A stretch of 64,000 nt of DNA from Chrysomallon squamiferum (GCA_012295275.1 CM022670.1:35340001-35404000); one strand, 5' to 3'; counted from the stretch's first letter, positions 31,185 through 45,899 are shown. Program-made: numbers and translations. The notes: generated by a model from the sequence alone, not told the origin.

Positions 31185-31631
31185 TAATTGATTAGAGATA
31201 AATTAACAATCTGCCTAAAACCATTTAAGATCCTGTTTGACCAGTCTATCGTTAACACTATAATCCTGTGTACCTACCAGATGTTTCCAGTCACGTGATG
31301 CACACGTACGAATAAAAACAACTGTTAACTACACTATAAAATATTCTTCAGTCGGAAATAAATGCACAGAATATGTTAATCGGATTGAAATGTTTAAAAA
31401 TTATGGTTTATTCATCTTAACTAACAGACCGCAACTAATGACTGAATCTATGCATAACTGAAAGTTGTTATGCAGATTATTCGGTTCAATGAAGGGAAAG
31501 GATTACACTTCAATAGGAAAGTTAACGTATGTGTTTTTAAGCCAGGTTTTCATGGAGCAAATGCGAGATAAACCGTGTGATATGTGTCTCCAATCTAAAG
31601 ATAATCTTGTTTTGTTAAAAACGTGTTATTA

Positions 31632-31645
31632 AACTGATTCTTCAG
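31632..31645 (+). other. Putative splice acceptor upstream of gene B
   Basis: aactgattcttcag| has a branch-like CTGAT and TTCTTCAG 26 nt before ATG 31672. Confidence 0.35.
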
Positions 31646-31671
31646 CTGTACGAAGTGTGGTAGAATTCAAG

Positions 31672-32118
31672 ATGAACGGTTCGTACACGTTCAATTCCAG
31701 TTCGATAAACGCGACGATTCTGCACGGAGCAAAGCAGAGCGACTACGACCACGAAGGAGCGATGAAGTTCATTGTCTGCGTGGTGCTGGTTTACGGCGTG
31801 GGAGTCATAGGCGTTCTGGGCATGTACACCCACCGCAGGAGAAAGGACATCATCGAGCAGGAGACGAACGCTTTCGTGAAAACGTACGAGACTTGCAAGG
31901 AGGTGATGGAACGCAAACAGCAGCTGTGCACCGTCCGAGACTTGATCAAAAACGTCCCCGAAAACCAGAGCCTGACGTCGTGCGGGACGTCGCTGACGTC
32001 GCTGGCGAGTCCGCGTCCGCCGCTGATTCGTCCGCCGCTGATTCGTCCGCAGAACCTGACGCTGAGGAACGGACCCGTCAACGTTTCACAAGCTGGGAAA
32101 CAGGGGCCGCAACTCTAG
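31672..32118 (+). CDS. KCNE-like single-pass membrane protein, gene B, 5' frame (148 aa to TAG as assembled)
   Basis: ATG at 31672 (caagATGa). Three sequons NGS/NSS/NAT, TM FIVCVVLVYGVGVIGVLGMY, basic HRRRK, very high GC3. Aligns ungapped to KCNE3-type YILFVMFLFAVTVGSLILGYTRSRKVD (recalled from memory). Confidence 0.8.
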   Translation: MNGSYTFNSSSINATILHGAKQSDYDHEGAMKFIVCVVLVYGVGVIGVLGMYTHRRRKDIIEQETNAFVKTYETCKEVMERKQQLCTVRDLIKNVPENQSLTSCGTSLTSLASPRPPLIRPPLIRPQNLTLRNGPVNVSQAGKQGPQL

Positions 32119-32458
32119 GAGCGCGACGTCGCTGAACTGCACGCCCGACAGCGAAGAGTCAGCTCCCTTGTTTCTGAGAGCGCAAGGCTCGTTCAAGTAC
32201 AAGGGTTCGTGTCGCCGAGCCAGCTCGAGGTGCATCTTGGAGACCCCGGAAACCGAGGACACGAGTGAGGTCGTGCCGTTTCGATTTACTGTTGTCGACG
32301 TAGATGACGTCGATGATGCACAAAGTCTGAACACTGATCTTAACAGCGATATAAGCAGACTGGGTCTTTCGAACAGTTCTGTTGAGCCACAAACTGATTC
32401 TGTTAAGGGAAGTCCCGTGAGTGATGTGGATCGGCAGAGTATTTCTGCAAACAAGTAA
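32066..32458 (+). CDS. Probable cytoplasmic C-terminal continuation of gene B in the +1 frame
   Basis: Frame open from 32066 to TAA at 32456-32458 with no ATG: ...TFHKLGNRGRNSRSATSLNCTPDSEESAPLFLRAQGSFKYKGSCRRASSRCILETPE...ISANK. Same GC3-rich codon style as the 5' frame (ACG TCG CTG reused). GC content drops after the stop. Confidence 0.6.
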   Translation, partial: GTDPSTFHKLGNRGRNSRSATSLNCTPDSEESAPLFLRAQGSFKYKGSCRRASSRCILETPETEDTSEVVPFRFTVVDVDDVDDAQSLNTDLNSDISRLGLSNSSVEPQTDSVKGSPVSDVDRQSISANK

Positions 32459-32958
32459 ACTATAAACCACTCAGTAAACCTGAGACAGCTTAACTCTGTT
32501 AACTGACACTTGATACCAAGGATCATTTCTACTGTATATTTGTATAAGTTTTCTTTAGTCGCGTACAACTCTGTAATACACTCAAAAGCCAGATCAGGCA
32601 TTATATATATATATGTTATTACATATGATGTTAATTATACTAGATCGATGATTTAGAAAGCAGTATTTCTTAAACAGATGTATAATTACTAATTATTTTT
32701 TTAATTTAAAAAATCTGTGAGAGAATTCACATATATTTTACATCCAGTAATCTATATATGTTGTTTTATTTTGGAATTCATTAACATTTGTTTCCAATAT
32801 GTTTATATATATATATATATATATATATAATTGCAAGATAAAAAATAAAATCTTATTTACTGTGGTAAACTGAGTGATTTATTAAATAATATAAGCTAAT
32901 TAACATTATATTACAATTTATTGTTACTGTTATTGTTACTGTTTTGTTGTTGTTGTTG

Positions 32959-33017
<59 letters not shown>

Positions 33018-33459
33018 TACAACGCAAACAAGCACTATAAAACCAAGAGCACTGTGACAATTTGCTATGTAGAAAGACTGTATAATTGTAATTAATGTCA
33101 GTATGACTGTGTTTAAGTGAACTAATGAGGTTTCGGAGTATGTAAATGCAGATTTTATCAGTGTTGTTTTATATTTCAGTTAATGACGGTTTTGTGTTTG
33201 TGGTTATGGAAGCCAGATGTTGCAGAACCTGGTCACAGTTTTACCTCGAATTTATTTATTTATTTATTTATTTATATTATATTATATTATATTATATTAT
33301 ATTATATTATATTATATTTTATTTTATTTATTTATTTGTTGTTTTGTTTTTGTTTTTTTGTTTTTTTATTGTTTATTTTAATTTTAAATTTTTTCTTTGC
33401 TCTTGCTTTATTTATTATTTACAAAATAGTTTTTTTATTTACTTATTTATTTATTTGTT

Positions 33460-33660
33460 TATTTGTCTATTTATACTGTTTGTTTATTTGGGGGTTTTTG
33501 GTTTTTTTTTTTTTTTTGGTTGTTTATTACAAATGTTTGGTTCTTTATTTATTCACTGATTTATTTATTTGTTTATTTATCTATTTATACTGTTTGTTTA
33601 TTTTTTTTTTTTTTTTTTTTTTTTTTTTATTGTTTATTACAAATGTTTGGTTCTTTTTTT
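33460..33660. repeat. ~113-bp T-rich tandem duplication
   Basis: ctatttatactgtttgtttattt...tgtttattacaaatgtttggttcttt occurs twice. Confidence 0.75.
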
Positions 33661-34089
33661 TTTTTTTTTTTTTATTTATTTATTTGTTTGTTTGTTTATT
33701 TATATGTTATTGTTACATGAATATTTACGGAATATTTATTTTTCTCTCTCTCGTCTATCTGTCTGTTTGTTTCTGTATTTATCTTTCTTTGTGTCTGTCT
33801 GTTATATATCTCCCTCTTCAAGTATAATCTTTAACTAATTTGTTTTAACGACTGAATAATTCGAAAATGTTCTGTTACCAAAGACAAACAATTATCTGTT
33901 TTGGTAAAAATAAAAACAATTTAATTTCAGTGAATGTTGAAATGTAATAATTTTCTATAACAATGTGACGTTTGAACATAAAACTATCGTAATGTGTTTC
34001 TGATTGGCCATAAACGTTTTAAAGATAATAATCTATCTGCTATATCCAGTTAATAATACACGTATTAATTATTTTGACAAATTTTTGGA

Positions 34090-34400
34090 ATAATAATAAT
34101 AATAACAATAATAATAATAATAATAATAATATGAAGAAGAAGAAGAAGAAGAAGAAGAAGAAGAAGAAGAGAAAGAACGTAATAATAATAATAATAACAA
34201 TAATGATAATAATAATAATAATAATAATAATATGAAGAAGAAGAAGAAGAAGAAGAATATAATAATAATTATAATAAAATAATAAAAAGAAGAAGAAGAA
34301 GAAGAAGAAGAAGAATATAATAATAATTATAATAAAATAATAAAAAGAAGGAGAAGAAGACGTCGATAATGACTGTGATAATAATAATAATAATTTAGAG
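34090..34400. repeat. Compound (AAT)n/(GAA)n microsatellite with higher-order duplication
   Basis: Alternating AAT and GAA blocks. aatataataataattataataaaataataaaaagaag is repeated. Confidence 0.9.
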
Positions 34401-34947
34401 AAGAAGATGATAGTATTTAAATATTTAGCATTTCTAATCAGTATATTATATTAATTTGATATGTTTTATTGTCTTTCGCATTACAATTTCGTATTTTCCT
34501 TCACCCTTTTTCAAACGTTATAATACAAATACACATACATATACACGAGCATCCACAGTAGTAATTATTAATGTTTTTTAGACATCAGACCAGACATCCG
34601 ACAAACTTGAGACCGGAAATGACCCAGATTTCTCGATTTTTTAAATATTTTTAAAAAAATGATTGGTAAAGCACGAAACTGGTTTTTTTTTTTTTTTTTT
34701 TTTTAACAAATTTAAAAAAAAAAAAAAGAAAAAAATGAAAAATTCCGGAAAGCAAGATAAATGGTTTCCTTCCTGTGATTAATTACTCTCGAAGATATTT
34801 AGTATCTTAATTCTATGTAAATATAACTTTAATTAAGATAAATTCGTTTTATTTTTTTTTGTGCAACCGTTTGTCAGTTCAATTTTTTTTTTTTTTTCAC
34901 GTCTATGGTTAGGGTCAGGTAATGAAATGACTGAACAAAAATATTTA

Positions 34948-34990
<43 letters not shown>

Positions 34991-35202
34991 GAAAAACAAC
35001 AACAAAAAACAACAACAACAAAAGCACAAAAACAAAAACAATCAAAAATGTAATGAGGTCAGAAGATCAACAATATAAATATTTATGTTATTTAAAAAAA
35101 CTTTTCTTTATAAATATTTATGTGCGTGTGTGTGTATGTGTGAATGAGAGAGAGGAAGATAGATGCACAGACAGAGAGAGAGAGAGAGGAAGATAAATGC
35201 AC

Positions 35203-35280
<78 letters not shown>

Positions 35281-35729
35281 TTTACGAATTAGCTACATGT
35301 AATTTAAATCATAAAAATAATGGCGACTCAGTCTGACGTGGTTTGGCCATTGAGATTATTTCATGAAGACCGATTTGTTTGTTACTTTGTATGTTTGTTT
35401 GTTTCTTTATGTCATTATTTATCTATTTATTTAGTGTACCGTTGTTAAACCATTTATGTAAATATATTTTTATCATGTGAAAGTTTGGTGTAACTTGTTA
35501 TGAACGTATTTTACACTCATTTTGAGTAAAACTTTAAAAACTGTGATTTTTTTCCAGATAAAATTAGAATAGCAAATGAGTGTGATGATTGATACAGGGT
35601 GAGTTTTTCATGGTTCTCTTACAAAGCAAATGAAATCATAAATAAATAAAATGTTCAAAACTTTTACAGAACGAATTTATGCTTCTGTTACTGAAAACGT
35701 TGTGTATAATGATTGCGCAGTGTTCAAAA

Positions 35730-35764
<35 letters not shown>

Positions 35765-36842
35765 ATCAGAAACGAAATAAATATATAAATATATAAGTTA
35801 GGTTAGTAAGTAAATAAATAAATAGAAATAAACAACATCATCGATTTTAAACACAGACTAATTAATTTATTTACTTATTTAAACGTTTGTATTTTTCATA
35901 TCATAATTATTACTATTATAATTATTATTATCTTTATCATTATCATTTTCTTTATTTTGCTGTTGTTGTTGTTGTTGTTTTTCTTCAGTACAGACTCCAC
36001 ATCTGAGCTGTTGTTCACCACGCTGTATCTGATCTGACCTGGAATTAACTTGGACAGAGACACATAGTGTTTCAGATGACCTGGTACTGCACGACTGACG
36101 TAAACTCTGTGAAACAACGGTGGGTGACAAAATGGTTCAAATACACTGAAACCAGTTATCTTTATTCTAATCAAAATTGTCCCGTGTGTTAGTGTGCCTG
36201 CTTCTGTGCGTGTAGGTGTGTTTGTTTTTCTTTTTGTGTATGTGTGTTTGCTCTTGTGTGTTATTTCTTGTTTTTGTATGTATGTGTTCATTTTAGAGCA
36301 GTGGTTTCGGTTTCCCATCCTTATTTGTTCCATGCCCCACCGCAACTTGTAAAAAATATTTACGTTCCCCTTTGATATAAAAATAAACTGAGTTTTGTAA
36401 AAGTGTAACTACTGTGGAAATCCTTAAGTAAACAAACTGCTCGTAGGTGCTGCCAGAAACACGATAACATGTACAGACGAAGTGTAACTGGAAGTTTGGT
36501 TGTATTATATCACTTTCAAAATTGCCCCTCATTATATTCAAATTGCCCCACTTTGGGAGTCATTGTTTCAGAGTATATGTAATTACATGTGCTTGTGTAT
36601 GTGTATATATATATATATCATCTCTGTTCACGCGTGTGTGTTTGTTTGTAGGTACGAGCTTGTGTTTAATTTATTTTGTTTGTGTGTACGAATGTTTTTG
36701 GTTTGATTTTCTTTTTGTTTATTTTCGATTGTTTTCGTTTTTAGGCTATTTCCTTATTAGGTACGTGAAGTTCCTTCAAGCTGTGTTTTCTATACAGGTG
36801 TATGAATAGTGATGGTAAAGGTAATAATGTTACTGAAGAAGA

Positions 36843-36881
<39 letters not shown>

Positions 36882-39800
36882 AATAATAATAATAAAAAGA
36901 ATAAAGTTATGAATATGAGTCCGTGAATATCTTCGTGTCCAATTTACGTAAGCATGAACGAAGGGGTGAACAAAAAAAAAAAAAAAATGTCCCAGATATC
37001 AAATTCTTTAAAATAAACATATGAACTGCAACAAATGCTGCTTGATATGATCAAAAGTGAACAAGCCCCCAAATGATTATGATGACTGACCATTTATTTC
37101 TTAATCTCAAGCGATGATTATCGAATTGTTGTTTTGGTACTATTTAAACCGGAAACGAATCCAAGGGAGGTAATTCCAGTTAACCTTGTGTTTAAACAAA
37201 GAGTTACGGTTTACTTGGTAGAGGACAAACATTCACCCTTTAAATAAATATTCTGCTACTGTTGCTGCAAAGAATACGACGACTATTACAACTACCACTG
37301 CTACTCTTTGTATTACTACTACTACTACTACTGCTACTGCTACTACTGTAGGCTATTAGCACCATCCACCACTATCACGATCACTACCCCTACATTACCT
37401 CTCTGCTATAAATATTCCATTGCATCTGTTACTACTGCTGCGTCTGCTATCCTGTGAATAAACCATCATCAGCACCACTACCACAACGACTACTACAACT
37501 ACTCCTATTACTAACACTTACTTTTATCATTACCATTTTGTTATTAGTAGTATTGTTATAATATTTATTGTTGTTTCGTTTATCGCCGTTGTTGATGTTG
37601 TTGTTTACAGTATACATAAATATATTTTTTTTCTATTTTAATTTAAACTTGAAATCTTAATAAAGTATTTATATATTAGATTTATATATTCTTACCCTTT
37701 CCTTTTCTTTTCTTTTTCCAGGAAACGTTTTGCAATTACGAAAAAAAAAAAAAAAAAACTTCACGTCTCATCAAATGTATATCTCGACATCATTTGGCAC
37801 AGCTAACATGAAAAATAATACTGACTGCATTCAAAGATTTTCTGAAGGATAGTTACTCGATTTCCCCCAACTTTTATTTATCTATTTATTAGTACCTGTT
37901 GAATAAAATCTTGTTGAATGAGTTAAATGTTAATTTTGTTTTACAGTTATCACAAATTTAATTGTGTCAGATGATTATAGTGGCGCGTCTAGAAATGTAA
38001 AACACATTCAAACGTACACAGAAAGACAGACAGACAGACAAACAGACAGGTTTGCTAAAAAGATAAACGGAGATATGGATAGACAGACAACAGACAAACG
38101 GAAAGACAGAAGTACACACAGATACAAAGACACGTAAACTGAATAAGCCGGTTGTACTAAAGACTTCTGCTTAAAAAATAATTTAAAAAAAATACAAAAA
38201 TATATATATATATATATCTGTTTGAACTATTAAAGTGCTAGATTAGTTATAAAACAAAGCAATGCACATCGTTTTATAATTTAAAACACAGATAGCAAGC
38301 TCAGCCTCTTCAGCACATAAACATATAGATAATTATTTTAAAAATAACTTTTACTTTTCACTCGTGTTGAAATATTTGTTGACATTTATGGATTGTTTTT
38401 TTTTTTTTTTTTTTTTTTTATTATTTATCATTTTACATTTCGAAAGGATTTTTTACAGTATTTTTTTCTTCTTTTTTTTTTTTTCTGGATTTAACTGAAA
38501 AGACATTAATATCCATTTGCAGAAATTTTGAATTATATTGTTTAGAAAGTTATCTTTCCCCATGTAATATAATATAACAAAATTACATTAAAGATTTTCT
38601 GGTGTTAATGATCCCTTGACCTTCAAAAAAGCCTAATTCACTCACTTTTTTTTTTCTTAACCGTTAGCTGATAAAAAAAAAAAAAAATAAGATAGGGACC
38701 ACAAATAACTTTTAAAAGTTTCCCCAATAACATTTTCGGTTGCGTTTTTATGGATCTGAGCTGTCCCTGAAACAGACATTCATTGCTGTCATGGAAGAGG
38801 AAACATATTAAATATCAGGAGTTAAAAGGTTAGCAGTGCAATAATCTCAGGTAGAAAAAAAAAAAAAAAAAAAAATGAATTCAGACACAAAACGAAAGAT
38901 TCTCTAAACAGTTTTGCGAAGCATATCTCTTACAAAAGACAATAAATAACTTTGGTGATAAAGGCACACATTGTATGACGCAAATGGTATGCGTACAGAA
39001 GCAAGCACATATACTCTCTGTTTATTTATGTCTGTATGTCTGTCTGTATGTCTCCCTGTCTATCCATCTATCTACATACCCTTTTTTTATCTGTCTGTCT
39101 GTCTGTCTATCTACATACCTTTCTTTTTATCTAATTCTCTGTCTGTCTATCTATATTTTTATCTATTTATTTATTTATTATCTATCTATCCATCCTAAAT
39201 CTATCATTATTTGGCAAATTAGTTTAATAATATTTTATTTTATTTTATTTTATTTATTTATTATTATTATTTTTTAATCATTCATGCGTACTTATAGACA
39301 CAACAAACACACTTACATACATATATATTAATATATACAAACACACAGGAAAACATATATACTTAAGCATATATATACATACATACAGTTACGTACATAC
39401 ATATATACATACATATGCATACATACATACATAAGTGCATACATATATTCACACACACGTACATACCTACACACATACAGACATATATACATTTTAAAAC
39501 ACTGTATTTAGTTGATCTTAACAATTAGGTACTAACAAAACGTCAAGAAATATTTTATATACAGAAAAATATAATTGTAATACAACAGCTATTTATGGTT
39601 TTCACTGTTTTATTTCAAGGACTGGCTCGTGTTTACATGTCAGTTTATTCGGTTAATTCATAAGGTGAAGGGTCGGGGCATAAGTTAACTGATATATTAT
39701 TCCTCTTACTTTATTGAATCACACATTAAGATGTCTGCTAACTTGTTTAGGCAAACATAAATGAATAATAACTAACTAACCAAATAAATAAATAAAAATG

Positions 39801-42715
39801 TAGTCCTTTTGTCATTATTATTGTCATTGTGTTGTTATTATTTTATATTTTATTTTATTTACGGGCCATTTAATAGATGAATAAATAAACAAAATAATAG
39901 ATAGATGGATAGATACAACGTTTATAAGATGCAACAACAATAAAAACATTTATATTATATAAATAAATATGTTACTAAAAATATGAAACTAATTTCTTTA
40001 AAAAAAAAAAAAAAAAAAAAAATAAACAAAATAAATAAATAAAAAAATAATAAAAAAAATAAAATCACCAGCGGAAATATTAGGAAAGAAAGGAAACGAA
40101 CAGAAACTCCATTTTATTTAAAAGAAAACACAATTTCTGGTTTGCTGGTCGTTTTATTTGAAACGTCGTTCACCTCGTTTTTCTGGCACCATTTTGGAAT
40201 GTTCGGTCTCTTCAAATGCGTGATGAAATTTTTCATCACGCTTAAATAATGATGATGTCATGCAAAGCAGATGCCGGTCTCGATTCTGTAAAAACATCCG
40301 GGATTCATCCAAGCATATCCGCCTGCATCGCGGCATTTGCACGGATTCGACACGTTGCGTGTGTGTTAACAAACGAGCCGTAGCAGACGGTTCACAAATC
40401 ACCGCGAAGAGCCGTTTCGTTCATTCATTCATGAAAACCAACAACATTAGAGACATGTGGCCATGTCGTCTGCTCCTCCCCCACCTTCTTTTCCTTTAAC
40501 TCCCTCCTTCTTTTGCCGCGTCCGAATTTCCCCAGCTTTCTATTTATTATTATTATTATTTGATTTATTTATTTATTTATTTATTATTATTTTATCCCCA
40601 GCAAAAATTCTTTCATCTTTCATCGGTGTTGAGCTGTTTGATAAACATTTCTTTATCAGCTTTGTCGTTCTTTTGTCGTGCGTGTATATGCGGGATGAAC
40701 CGCGGCTCATTACTATAATGACGATCGCATCGTATCGACAGAATTAGCAGTGCTCTCGATTCCCAGGCAACATGTTGCCGACAGCAGTGTGAAGGTTGCG
40801 CGCGGTCAGCCTCGTTTTCACTCCGAGGTGATTTATGCAGCTTTTTCCAATCGAATCCCTATATTTTGTTATGTGTTGCTCTACAGACGTTCTTCGTATT
40901 ATAGGATATTTTTCGCCGTTTTGACGTGTTTAATGACGATTTTGTGGACCCGGCAGATCACTTAGGAGGCTGCCAGGGCCCTCCATGAGGGAGTTCTGTT
41001 TTACCGTTAGACAGAAACCGCTCAAACCGGGATGTACTGACGAGACGTGTAAATATAGGAATCATAGGTAGGTACCATCATTTTTATATCATGAATTATC
41101 ACTGGTATTTTGTTCCTTTTAACCCCTCATCGTTCCTTCTTTTACCAACATTCAGTAGTACCAGCCAGATATTACCACAATCACGGGGCATGTGTAGGAG
41201 GAATCGGAATTGATTAATGTGTTATCACCGGTCGCGAAACCAGTCCTATTAATAATTATTAAAATACGTAATGTTAATATATATATATATATGTATGTAT
41301 GGACGTTCGATATACAAGAATGGTAACTACAGACCTATATTCGGTCACTCGTATTTTAAGGAATATAATACTGACTGACTGCTGGGTATCACGGTTTACT
41401 GAAATAGTTTTTTTCGGGGAACAACAAAAGAGATCCACATGTTGTTAACGCAAACGATGGTGAGGCGTCGCACTGAAACAGTAACCAGTGCAGCCTGCTC
41501 TGTGAGCATTCACAGATAGAGAGAGAGAGAGAGACTGAGAGACAGAATGCGGCGACGTTATCAGCTGATCAGCTGAAAGCATTCAACTCAGCTGCTGCAG
41601 AGAAAGCCTTTCTTAATATTTCTTTTGTGTGTGTATACATATATATATATATTATTTATTTATTACAGTCCTCGTTAATGACTGGAACCCGCGTTTTTGC
41701 TGATTTTTCTGTCAGGCTTAAATCGCGTTAACATGGGTCAGTGGTGGGAGGGGGATTAGGTTCGTTTCATTTTCGATAGCGTACATATATGCTGCACACC
41801 CCGGCTCTTACAATGAATGCTAACGTTAGAAAGAATTCGGCCTAATTATATATAAAAAAAATCTTGTGTTGTCTGAGTGCCTAGGTTTAATGAAAAACAC
41901 ACCTGCAGTAGAGGGGTTGTGTAGAGGAGGGGGAGGTGGTGCGTGGGTGCCGTGACGGGGGAAGGGGGGGAGAAACACTCGCTGCACACACGTGTTCCAG
42001 CTGGGTGTCGTGTTACGTAACGGTCTCGGGGTTAATGACGGAGGTTGGTGTGATTGCGATAGTTCACGGAACATATGGCAGTGCGAATGATTGATGAAGA
42101 TTCATAAATATTAATGTCTTCGAGTTCTTGTGCAATTAAATTATCGGTATACCGCTGGAAGTTGCGGTTTTTAAGATGCTTTAATAGATGAATAACCGTT
42201 TTTTTTTAAAGTGGGAGTTGTGTACGTGTGTCAAGGAATGTTATAACAACTTTTTTTTAGATTTTTAATCTTTGTTCTTTATTAGAATCATCAAAGTTTT
42301 AAAAACAAATATGGATCGTCATTGATTATCTACCTAAACAAACATGGAAGCAAACTCACACAAACACATACATACCCATACATAAATAAATAAATATATA
42401 TATATATATATATATATTTATGTATGTATGGGTACATATATGCATACATATATACATACGTATATACATACAAACATACATACATTCTTTAATAAAGACA
42501 CTACAAAAATATTAGAATTATTGATCAGTATTACAAATGTGTGCTTATATATGATACTAAAATTACTGATCACTAATGGGAATGTATTTAATGATGTATC
42601 TGTGTGGAATTTATATATATGTTTATAGCTAAAATAACTCTTCAAAGTAAAATTAGAATGAAAAAGTGTGTGTGTTAATGAATTATAAACAATCAAACAC
42701 ACACGCACACAACAC

Positions 42716-42820
42716 AGATGATATATATTTACAAATTTACATACGCACACACACGCACACACACACACACACACAAAGATGATATATATTTACAAATTTA
42801 CATACGCACACACACACACA
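42716..42820. repeat. ~60-bp tandem duplication in CA repeat
   Basis: agatgatatatatttacaaatttacatacgcacacaca occurs twice. Confidence 0.8.
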
Positions 42821-43320
42821 CACAGACACACGCACACACACACATACACGTACATTTGGAATACAAATGGTCTCTGATAATACTGAGAAAAGCGTGACAA
42901 ACAGAGCACATGGCAGCTACCACGTGAATCTCGCAGCGATCTCGTCCGTGGGTCGAGATTTTGAATATGAATGCCTTGTCAGTGGTTTCCTATATCCGAT
43001 CTTGTTAATGAAAACTCGATAGCTTTGCAAATGGCATATGTTAACACAGTATCCAGTGTAACGACGGTCAGCGCCGTTACAAATGTCAAATCATATTCAC
43101 AATGCTTCCCTGATCAAATGCCAAGAAAATCTGTTCATTTCGGTATTCTTCAGATATTTTGATACGTTCTTAAAAAAATATAAATAAATAATGATAATAA
43201 ATATGGGATAATAATAATAATAATAATGATAATTTTAAAAAAAATGATGATTATGATGATTATCATTTTGATGAGTGAATAAATGAATATACTGAGTGTC
43301 AAATAAATATAAATATATGT

Positions 43321-43377
<57 letters not shown>

Positions 43378-43818
43378 AAATTCGATATATATATATATAA
43401 ACTAAATAAAAAATGAGGCAAAAAACAAACAAAACAGTGATAAATAAATAAATAAATTGACGCATTTATAAATGGGTTAGAATGCTGTAGTGGTTCATAT
43501 TTGTTAGACTGTTAATACGTGTCACTGGTGTAGACTACCAGATTAGGTGGCATAATCTGTTATAGAATGGTTGAAAACAAACTGTAAAACATGAGCATTA
43601 TTTTACTTTGATGTTTGTCCACGGCAGTTTTACAGTGTAATTTTTATTATCGAATATACATTAGAAGCTGTTATATATGTTTCTATAGATTTAATTAGCA
43701 TTTGGATGTTATCGATTGTTTGAAGAAAAAAAAAAAAAAATAATAATCCAGGGTTTTCTTTAATTGAATTTCAGATCATTGGTTATTTGTAAATTAAAAT
43801 ATCTAATGAGTTATTCGT

Positions 43819-43889
<71 letters not shown>

Positions 43890-45307
43890 TTCATTTAATT
43901 ATTTTTTCTTTCTGTAGTGTGATTATTTACTTGTTTGTTTACAAATTTAGATTATTTATTTATAAAAGGAGCATAAGTTTATTTGTTCACGAACATTCCA
44001 AATATACTGTAAATGTATTAATCACAGAAAAATAGAAGCGATAATATTCATTAACATGTGTTTTCTATAGAAGTCGTTGCCTCAATAAACTGACTGATCG
44101 ACCTATATTATAATCACATTTATATGTGTGTTCTGTTTTGCTCAGTACATTGGCATGTCCATTGATAAACCGATGCATTAATAAACAGTAAATCAGCAGA
44201 TGTCGGGAAATAAGTCATAGATAACTGGCCGTGAAAATAAGCATTTTTTTTTAGGTAAATGTATATTGTGTAGATACACGCACTGTCTGTTGTGTTTTAA
44301 ATTCGTCCGTATTTAGAGTTCCACGTTATAATTGTTAATATTTAACTGTAAATAAATGTGCATGCTCTCTGTTCAGTTTTGTTTATAAAAGAAATGAAAT
44401 AATATAAATTAAATCAAATCAAATCAGAATGAAATGAAACAAAAGAAAGTAAATTCATTAGAAAAAAACGAGGATTCTTAAAAGGATTCTTGTTTACTAC
44501 ATATGTGTTCATGTTGTGATTATTTCGTCCTACAGACCGGATTACTGGCATAAATTGCGAAAGAAAACAAGAAGAGGTATACTGCACAATATTGTAGCCA
44601 CGTTTATTTCTGATTATCAGGCAGTCGAAACGATATAATCGATTAAAAATATCGATATTGTTATACATGTTCTGTACAGTGCAATCTGATGCTGTGCCAA
44701 TATTAATACTGTGTCATCGGATACGAATTCAATGAACTTGCCAAATTTGTATTAGCTCCATGGTCACATATCTATTATTTATCGATTCTTTGCAACTGCC
44801 GTTTATCGATTTGATTCACCGCCAGCTATCGATTATATGTAATACAATGTCCAATTGTTCTTCGAGTCAAATATCGAATCGCCTTTGTAGTTGTGTCTCA
44901 GAATATACAAAATCAAGTAAATGCAGCCGATCACCACATCAAAGTATAATTAAGCATGTATTAGTATTCAATACAAATTAGTGGTTATATATTTAACTAC
45001 GTTTTTTATTTTTATTTTTTTTCCTTTCTTGAAAGATAACTATCGTCTTCGTTTTTGTGCAGCCCTTCAAGGCGAACTTAAACGTCTAGCAACATATAAC
45101 ATTTAAAACAATATCTCGTATATAAACTAAACAATATGTTATGTTGTGAATCTTTACTTGTTATGTTAACTTATTATCTTAAAAAAGACACACAAAAAAA
45201 GAGAGAAAAGAAAAGAAATCGACTGGAGGATTGAAATTTTGAATGTAAATATTTAACACAATCCAACAAACCAGCCTTGACAAGTTTGAAAGAACCGTTA
45301 CGAATTC

Positions 45308-45371
<64 letters not shown>

Positions 45372-45867
45372 CGTAAAGCTGTATTTCAGTATTTTGTAAC
45401 GAGTTTCAAAACCACAGACAAAATAGTTCCATAAACTGACCTTGATGCACTGGCGATACATTAAACCAGATGACGGTACAACCAAGTTAAACAGGTGTGA
45501 TACGCATCTACTGAATAAAAAATCATCTAATATTCAGGAACCAGCTGGGACGGAAGATTAACAAAGAACTAACAAAACGAGGTAATCAAACAGATAATAA
45601 AAAAAAGTCAATCGCATCACTGTGATTCATCCGTCCTGTTTCACAGATATTTCTCCAACAGTCGGTGTTCTGATTCTCTGATAAACCCATTCTCTGATTA
45701 CTAAATAACCTCATCCATATAAATACGTCGTCATAACTTTAGTTTTTAACCATTAAATAGTTTAACTGTGGTTGACGACAGGGAAATAAAAATAAACGGA
45801 TAAACAGTTACGTTTGGGTAAGTAACTCTGTATGTATGTATGTAGATATGGATATACGTATATCTAC

Positions 45868-45899
<32 letters not shown>

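Noticed and set aside
32077-32092. 16-nt (or 10-nt) GT...AG micro-intron that would restore the gene B frame
   Set aside because: Far below normal metazoan intron size and lacks donor consensus.
32116-32268. Stop-codon readthrough of the gene B TAG in frame 0
   Set aside because: TAG-G is a poor readthrough context, and the codon bias downstream belongs to the +1 frame.
31642-32601. Antisense and alternative-frame ORFs over gene B
   Set aside because: Shadows of a GC-rich CDS.
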